Part shown: positions 60,511-64,000 of the stretch, piece by piece | How positions within the stretch are numbered: position 1 is the first letter of the stretch | Layout: each line of letters opens with the position of its first letter | The notes under the pieces: generated by a model | Databases searched by the model: none | The model's input: only the letters and a program-made list of their open reading frames with translations | What the model was told of the DNA's origin: nothing | Made by a program: the position numbers and the translations under genes | From: Planctomycetota bacterium | Lineage (GTDB): Bacteria; Planctomycetota; UBA8108; UBA1146 | NCBI GenBank assembly: GCA_018694835.1 | Contig: JABHOG010000047.1 | Location: 34,149-98,148 of the forward strand | Direction: 5' to 3' | Length of the DNA stretch: 64,000 nucleotides

Positions 60511-62151
60511 ATGATCTCGGTCCACAGTTTGGCCCTGGCGAGCCAATCCTTGCCACTGCTCGATGACCTGGTGCTGCTACTGCTGGGAGCGATGCTGGTG
60601 GCTCTGGTCACCCGTAGGCTGCGCATTCCCTACACCGTTGGTCTGGTGGTCGCCGGCGCAGCGATCGGATTCTTGCGCCATCAGGGCGCTCTCCCCAGTG
60701 GTGCCGGCCACTTCGCGCTGACCGAGGAACTGATCCTGCTGATCCTGTTGCCTCCCCTGCTCTTCGACGGCGCGATGAACACCGCCTTCTCGAAACTGAA
60801 GGAAAATGGCACGCTGGTCGCCAACATGGCGCTGCTCGGAACCTTCGGTTGCATCTTGCTCACCACCGCGGCGATTCGTTCATTGACCGGCTGGGACTGG
60901 GATCTGTCGTTACTCCTGGGAGCGATGGTCAGTCCCACCGATCCTGTCAGCGTACTGGCGATCTTCCGCGAACAGGGTGTCGAAAAGCGACTCTCGACCA
61001 TCGTCGAGGGGGAATCACTGTTCAATGATGGCCTGGTGGTGGTGTTCTACCTGTTGCTGATGCGAGGCCTGGAACAGGGCTGGCAAGAGATCACCGTCGC
61101 TGAGGGAGTGCTCACCTTCATCCACATGATTGGAGTCGGAGCACTGGTGGGATTATCGCTCGGCTCGCTGGTAAATTGGCTGATCGAACGGATCGATGAG
61201 CATCTGATCGAGGTGCTCTTCTCGATCCTGCTCGCCTATGGATCCTACATGCTGGCGGAACGATTCGAGGCTTCCGGGGTGATCGCCGTGGTCTTTGCCG
61301 GATTGATGGTCGGCAATGTCGGTCGCCAGACCGCCATGAGTGCCACCGCCATCTTGAGCCTCGGCTTGACCTGGGAGGTGATCGCATTCATCGCCAACTC
61401 GCTCGCATTCATCGCCATCGGCTTTGCTGTCGATCCGGTACTGGTGGTGGAAAACTTCCACCTGGTGCTGCTGGTCTGGCTCGCCGCCACTGCGGCGCGA
61501 GCGTTGATGACCTACGCCATCGGCGGTATCGATCAGGCGGTGCGCGGCACCTATCCGCGATCGTGGCTCCACATCATTCACTGGGGCGGCCTGAAGGGCA
61601 CCGTGCCGGTAGCACTGGCCCTCGGCATGACCGGCTCGACCGCCCTCATCGACGTCGCCCCTCGGCTACAAGCCATCGTCGCAGGGGTCGTGATGTTATC
61701 GATGTTGATCCAGGGCACCTCGCTCAAGTGGCTGTTGAGACGGCTCAAGATCGTTCGCCCACTCGAGGCGAGAAGACGCTGGGAACGACACCAAGCGCGT
61801 TCGATCGCCGTCGAGACCGCCATCGAGGAGCTGGCCGATGCGGTCTCCAGTACCGAGATCGATCCACAACGCATCGAGTCGTTGCGCGATCGCCTGCTGG
61901 CGATACGTGATTCGATTCGCGAAGATCTGAAACAAGTGCTGGAAGATCACCCCGAGTTCGCGGCAGAACAGGTCAGGGATGTGGTGATCCGGCTCCTCCA
62001 TCGTCAGAGATCTGCGGTGGAAGATGCCTATCGAGAAGGAATCCTGTCCGACGAAGCGCTGCAAGATGTGCAGGCCGAAATCGATCAGTTACTGCTGGAA
62101 GAATTTCCCGATCCTGTCCCCGGTGGCGACGGCGCGAGATCCTCGTCATGA
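60511..62151 (+). CDS. CPA1-family Na+/H+ antiporter (NhaP-type) with C-terminal cytoplasmic regulatory domain
   Basis: Twelve TM segments with LFDGAMN, SPTDPVSVLAIF and ESLFNDG motifs. ATG at 60511 after GGGAGGAG. Confidence 0.85.
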   Translation: MISVHSLALASQSLPLLDDLVLLLLGAMLVALVTRRLRIPYTVGLVVAGAAIGFLRHQGALPSGAGHFALTEELILLILLPPLLFDGAMNTAFSKLKENGTLVANMALLGTFGCILLTTAAIRSLTGWDWDLSLLLGAMVSPTDPVSVLAIFREQGVEKRLSTIVEGESLFNDGLVVVFYLLLMRGLEQGWQEITVAEGVLTFIHMIGVGALVGLSLGSLVNWLIERIDEHLIEVLFSILLAYGSYMLAERFEASGVIAVVFAGLMVGNVGRQTAMSATAILSLGLTWEVIAFIANSLAFIAIGFAVDPVLVVENFHLVLLVWLAATAARALMTYAIGGIDQAVRGTYPRSWLHIIHWGGLKGTVPVALALGMTGSTALIDVAPRLQAIVAGVVMLSMLIQGTSLKWLLRRLKIVRPLEARRRWERHQARSIAVETAIEELADAVSSTEIDPQRIESLRDRLLAIRDSIREDLKQVLEDHPEFAAEQVRDVVIRLLHRQRSAVEDAYREGILSDEALQDVQAEIDQLLLEEFPDPVPGGDGARSSS

Positions 62152-63137
62152 ACGAATCGCTGTGGATCGAGACCTACATCCTGCCGCGCAGCGGTGGGCC
62201 CTCTCGCTCCTTCCTCGGACCCGGTGACGACGCTGCCATCGGCCCGCCGCTGGCGACCGATTCTCCGGTTCTGACCGTCGATGCGATGGTCGAAGGTCAG
62301 CACTTCCTCGATCACTGGCTCGATGATGAAACGCTGGCGCGTCGCTTGCTTCGCTCCAGTTTCAGCGACCTGTCCGCAATGGGTGCTCGCGCCGTCGGAT
62401 TCTTGCTATCGGTCGCGACACCACGCCTTCCTGGCCGACTGGGGGATCGTTTCTGGCGAGCCATCGACGAGGAGTGCGATCGAATGGGAATCCTCCTTCT
62501 GGGGGGCAATGTCACCGCCAGCGACGGCGCCCTCTCGCTCCACTGTACCTGCCTTGGACGGGTCCAGAGCGGACGTGAATGGCGCCGCAGCGGCGCCAAG
62601 GAGGGTGATCTGCTGCTGGTGACCGGTGATCCGGGCATGGCTGCCCAGGCACGAGAAAAAATCGCTGGCGGCGCTGGAGTCGACCTCCCCCCCCACGGTG
62701 AAGATCGCTGGAGTTCGCCGATCTCGCGCCTCGAGGTGGCACAGGCACTGGCGGAGGCGCAAGTCGATGGCCCGATCGTCAGCGCGGCCATCGATGTGAG
62801 TGACGGACTTCACATCGATCTGGAACGCCTTTGCCAGGCCAGCGGCCAGCGCGCCACCATCGACATCGATGCGCTGGTCGGCACTGCCCTGGCCCCGACT
62901 GCCGACCAGGTGCTAACCGGTGGAGAAGATTACGAGTTACTGATGGCGATCAAGCCCGACTCCCTCGACCGATTTGCCGAGATCGCTGTGCAACATACGA
63001 CGCGCTGGCACCAGATTGGAGTCATCGATTCCGCCGACAAAGCCTCGATCACCACGGATCGGGTGCAAGTGCGACTGGGCGGAGCAACATTGCAGCGCGA
63101 AACCCAAGGGTGGGATCCCTTCCAGCGGCAACAGTAG
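62148..63137 (+). CDS. thiL: Thiamine-monophosphate kinase
   Basis: PurM-like fold with GDDAAI...TVDAMVEGQHF (compare GDDAAV...TTDALVEGVHF in ThiL). ATGA overlap with the antiporter stop. Confidence 0.8.
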   Translation: MNESLWIETYILPRSGGPSRSFLGPGDDAAIGPPLATDSPVLTVDAMVEGQHFLDHWLDDETLARRLLRSSFSDLSAMGARAVGFLLSVATPRLPGRLGDRFWRAIDEECDRMGILLLGGNVTASDGALSLHCTCLGRVQSGREWRRSGAKEGDLLLVTGDPGMAAQAREKIAGGAGVDLPPHGEDRWSSPISRLEVAQALAEAQVDGPIVSAAIDVSDGLHIDLERLCQASGQRATIDIDALVGTALAPTADQVLTGGEDYELLMAIKPDSLDRFAEIAVQHTTRWHQIGVIDSADKASITTDRVQVRLGGATLQRETQGWDPFQRQQ

Positions 63138-63149
63138 TGAATGATACCC

Positions 63150-64000
63150 TCAGGCCCCTGCCCCCTCGATGGCGGGAGCCTCCTCGCCCGCTTCGAGGAT
63201 CGCATCTTCGATGGCGCTGCCCTCTTCAGGCTTGAGTAACGGAAACAGCACGACATCGCGCAGATTCTCGGCACCGCAGAGCAGTGCCACGATGCGGTCG
63301 ATCCCCATCCCCCAGCCGGAGATGGGTGGCATTCCATGCTCCATCGCTAGCAGATAGTCCTCGTCCATCATCATCGCCTCATCGTCTCCCTCGGCATTGA
63401 GCTTGGCTTGCTCTTCGAGACGCTGCCGCTGATCGATCGGATCGACCAGTTCGGAGTACGCATTGATCACCTCCCAGCCGTGGATCACCAGCTGGAAACG
63501 GTCGGAGATGGTCGGTTCATCATCATTCCTGCGGGCCAGCGGGGAGAGGTCCACCGGATGCGAGGTGATAAAGGTCGGTTGCGTGATGCTGGGACGAACT
63601 GTTTTCTTGTACAACTGATCGATGAGTGCGCCTCGACCCAGCTTTGGCGCGCCATCAATGTGGATTCCGGCCGCCTCGAGCGCCGATCGCAACGAATCCG
63701 CATCGGGGCAGGATTCGACTGCAATGCCAGTACTCTGCTCGATCAACTCGAGCAGCGATCGCCGTGGCCACGGCCCTGAGAAATCGATCTCACCGGCGGC
63801 ATGAGGCACCTGGAGCGATCCAATACATTGCTCGATGACCGTACTGAGCAACTTCTCGGTGAAGTCCATGTTGTCGATGTAGTTCCAGTAGGATGCGTAA
63901 TACTCGAGCATCGTGAAGTCCTGCAGGTGAGAGGGATCCATACCCTCGTTGCGGAACACCCGTGCAAACTCATAAACACGGTCGAATCCCGCCACCACGC
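63150..64000 (-). CDS. lysS: Lysyl-tRNA synthetase, class II (3' part; gene continues beyond window end)
   Basis: Class II motifs 2/3 (GFDRVYEFARVFRNEG, GWGMGIDRIVALL) and MLEYYASY. Stop at 63150-63152. The N-terminus lies outside the window. Confidence 0.85.
   Translation of the reverse strand, partial: VVAGFDRVYEFARVFRNEGMDPSHLQDFTMLEYYASYWNYIDNMDFTEKLLSTVIEQCIGSLQVPHAAGEIDFSGPWPRRSLLELIEQSTGIAVESCPDADSLRSALEAAGIHIDGAPKLGRGALIDQLYKKTVRPSITQPTFITSHPVDLSPLARRNDDEPTISDRFQLVIHGWEVINAYSELVDPIDQRQRLEEQAKLNAEGDDEAMMMDEDYLLAMEHGMPPISGWGMGIDRIVALLCGAENLRDVVLFPLLKPEEGSAIEDAILEAGEEAPAIEGAGA

Overview
This is a 64 kb, high-GC (about 60%), gene-dense chromosomal segment with no recognisable mobile element, CRISPR array or prophage. 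Its features are consistent with a planctomycete-like aquatic bacterium: dockerin-like C-terminal modules on secreted FG-GAP/TIG proteins, a giant GspK-like pseudopilin, and many 4-nt start/stop overlaps. I cannot establish the taxon from sequence alone.

Genes, from left to right:
- The C-terminal end of an NPCBM-domain protein.
- A VWA-domain membrane protein.
- A nucleoside salvage group: uridine phosphorylase, purine nucleoside phosphorylase, and an unusual periplasmic 5'-nucleotidase fused to an NupC-type nucleoside transporter.
- Phosphomannomutase.
- A translationally coupled operon of M29 aminopeptidase, enolase-superfamily dipeptide epimerase and a YHS-zinc-ribbon protein.
- tRNA-Pro.
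- A secreted TIG/dockerin-like protein.
- A butyryl-CoA-type cluster: 3-hydroxyacyl-CoA dehydrogenase divergent from three crotonases and a Zn-ADH.
- A complete minus-strand rRNA operon (16S, tRNA-Ile, tRNA-Ala, 23S, 5S) with a strong terminator.
- lgt, then dxr, rseP, a ubiA-family gene and purD in a tight overlapping array.
- A giant GspK-like pseudopilin protein followed by two tandem paralogous secreted proteins.
- recA with a repetitive acidic tail.
- A cupin protein and a Zn-ADH.
- A periplasmic binding protein plus hybrid histidine kinase.
- A region of ankyrin and hemerythrin duplication scars.
- A heme oxygenase, DUF/NTF2-like protein and hemerythrin operon with a structured leader.
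- Two paralogous FG-GAP/dockerin proteins.
- tRNA-Met, a DegT aminotransferase, HU/IHF, and ParA with a small partner protein.
- A CMD-family protein, an aminotransferase operon, a CPA1 antiporter, thiL, and the 3' part of lysS.

The most unusual loci are the 5'-nucleotidase::NupC fusion, the GspK-like giant gene with its paralog pair, the heme oxygenase operon and the duplication scars. All calls rest on my reading of the ORF translations and motifs; no database search was run.
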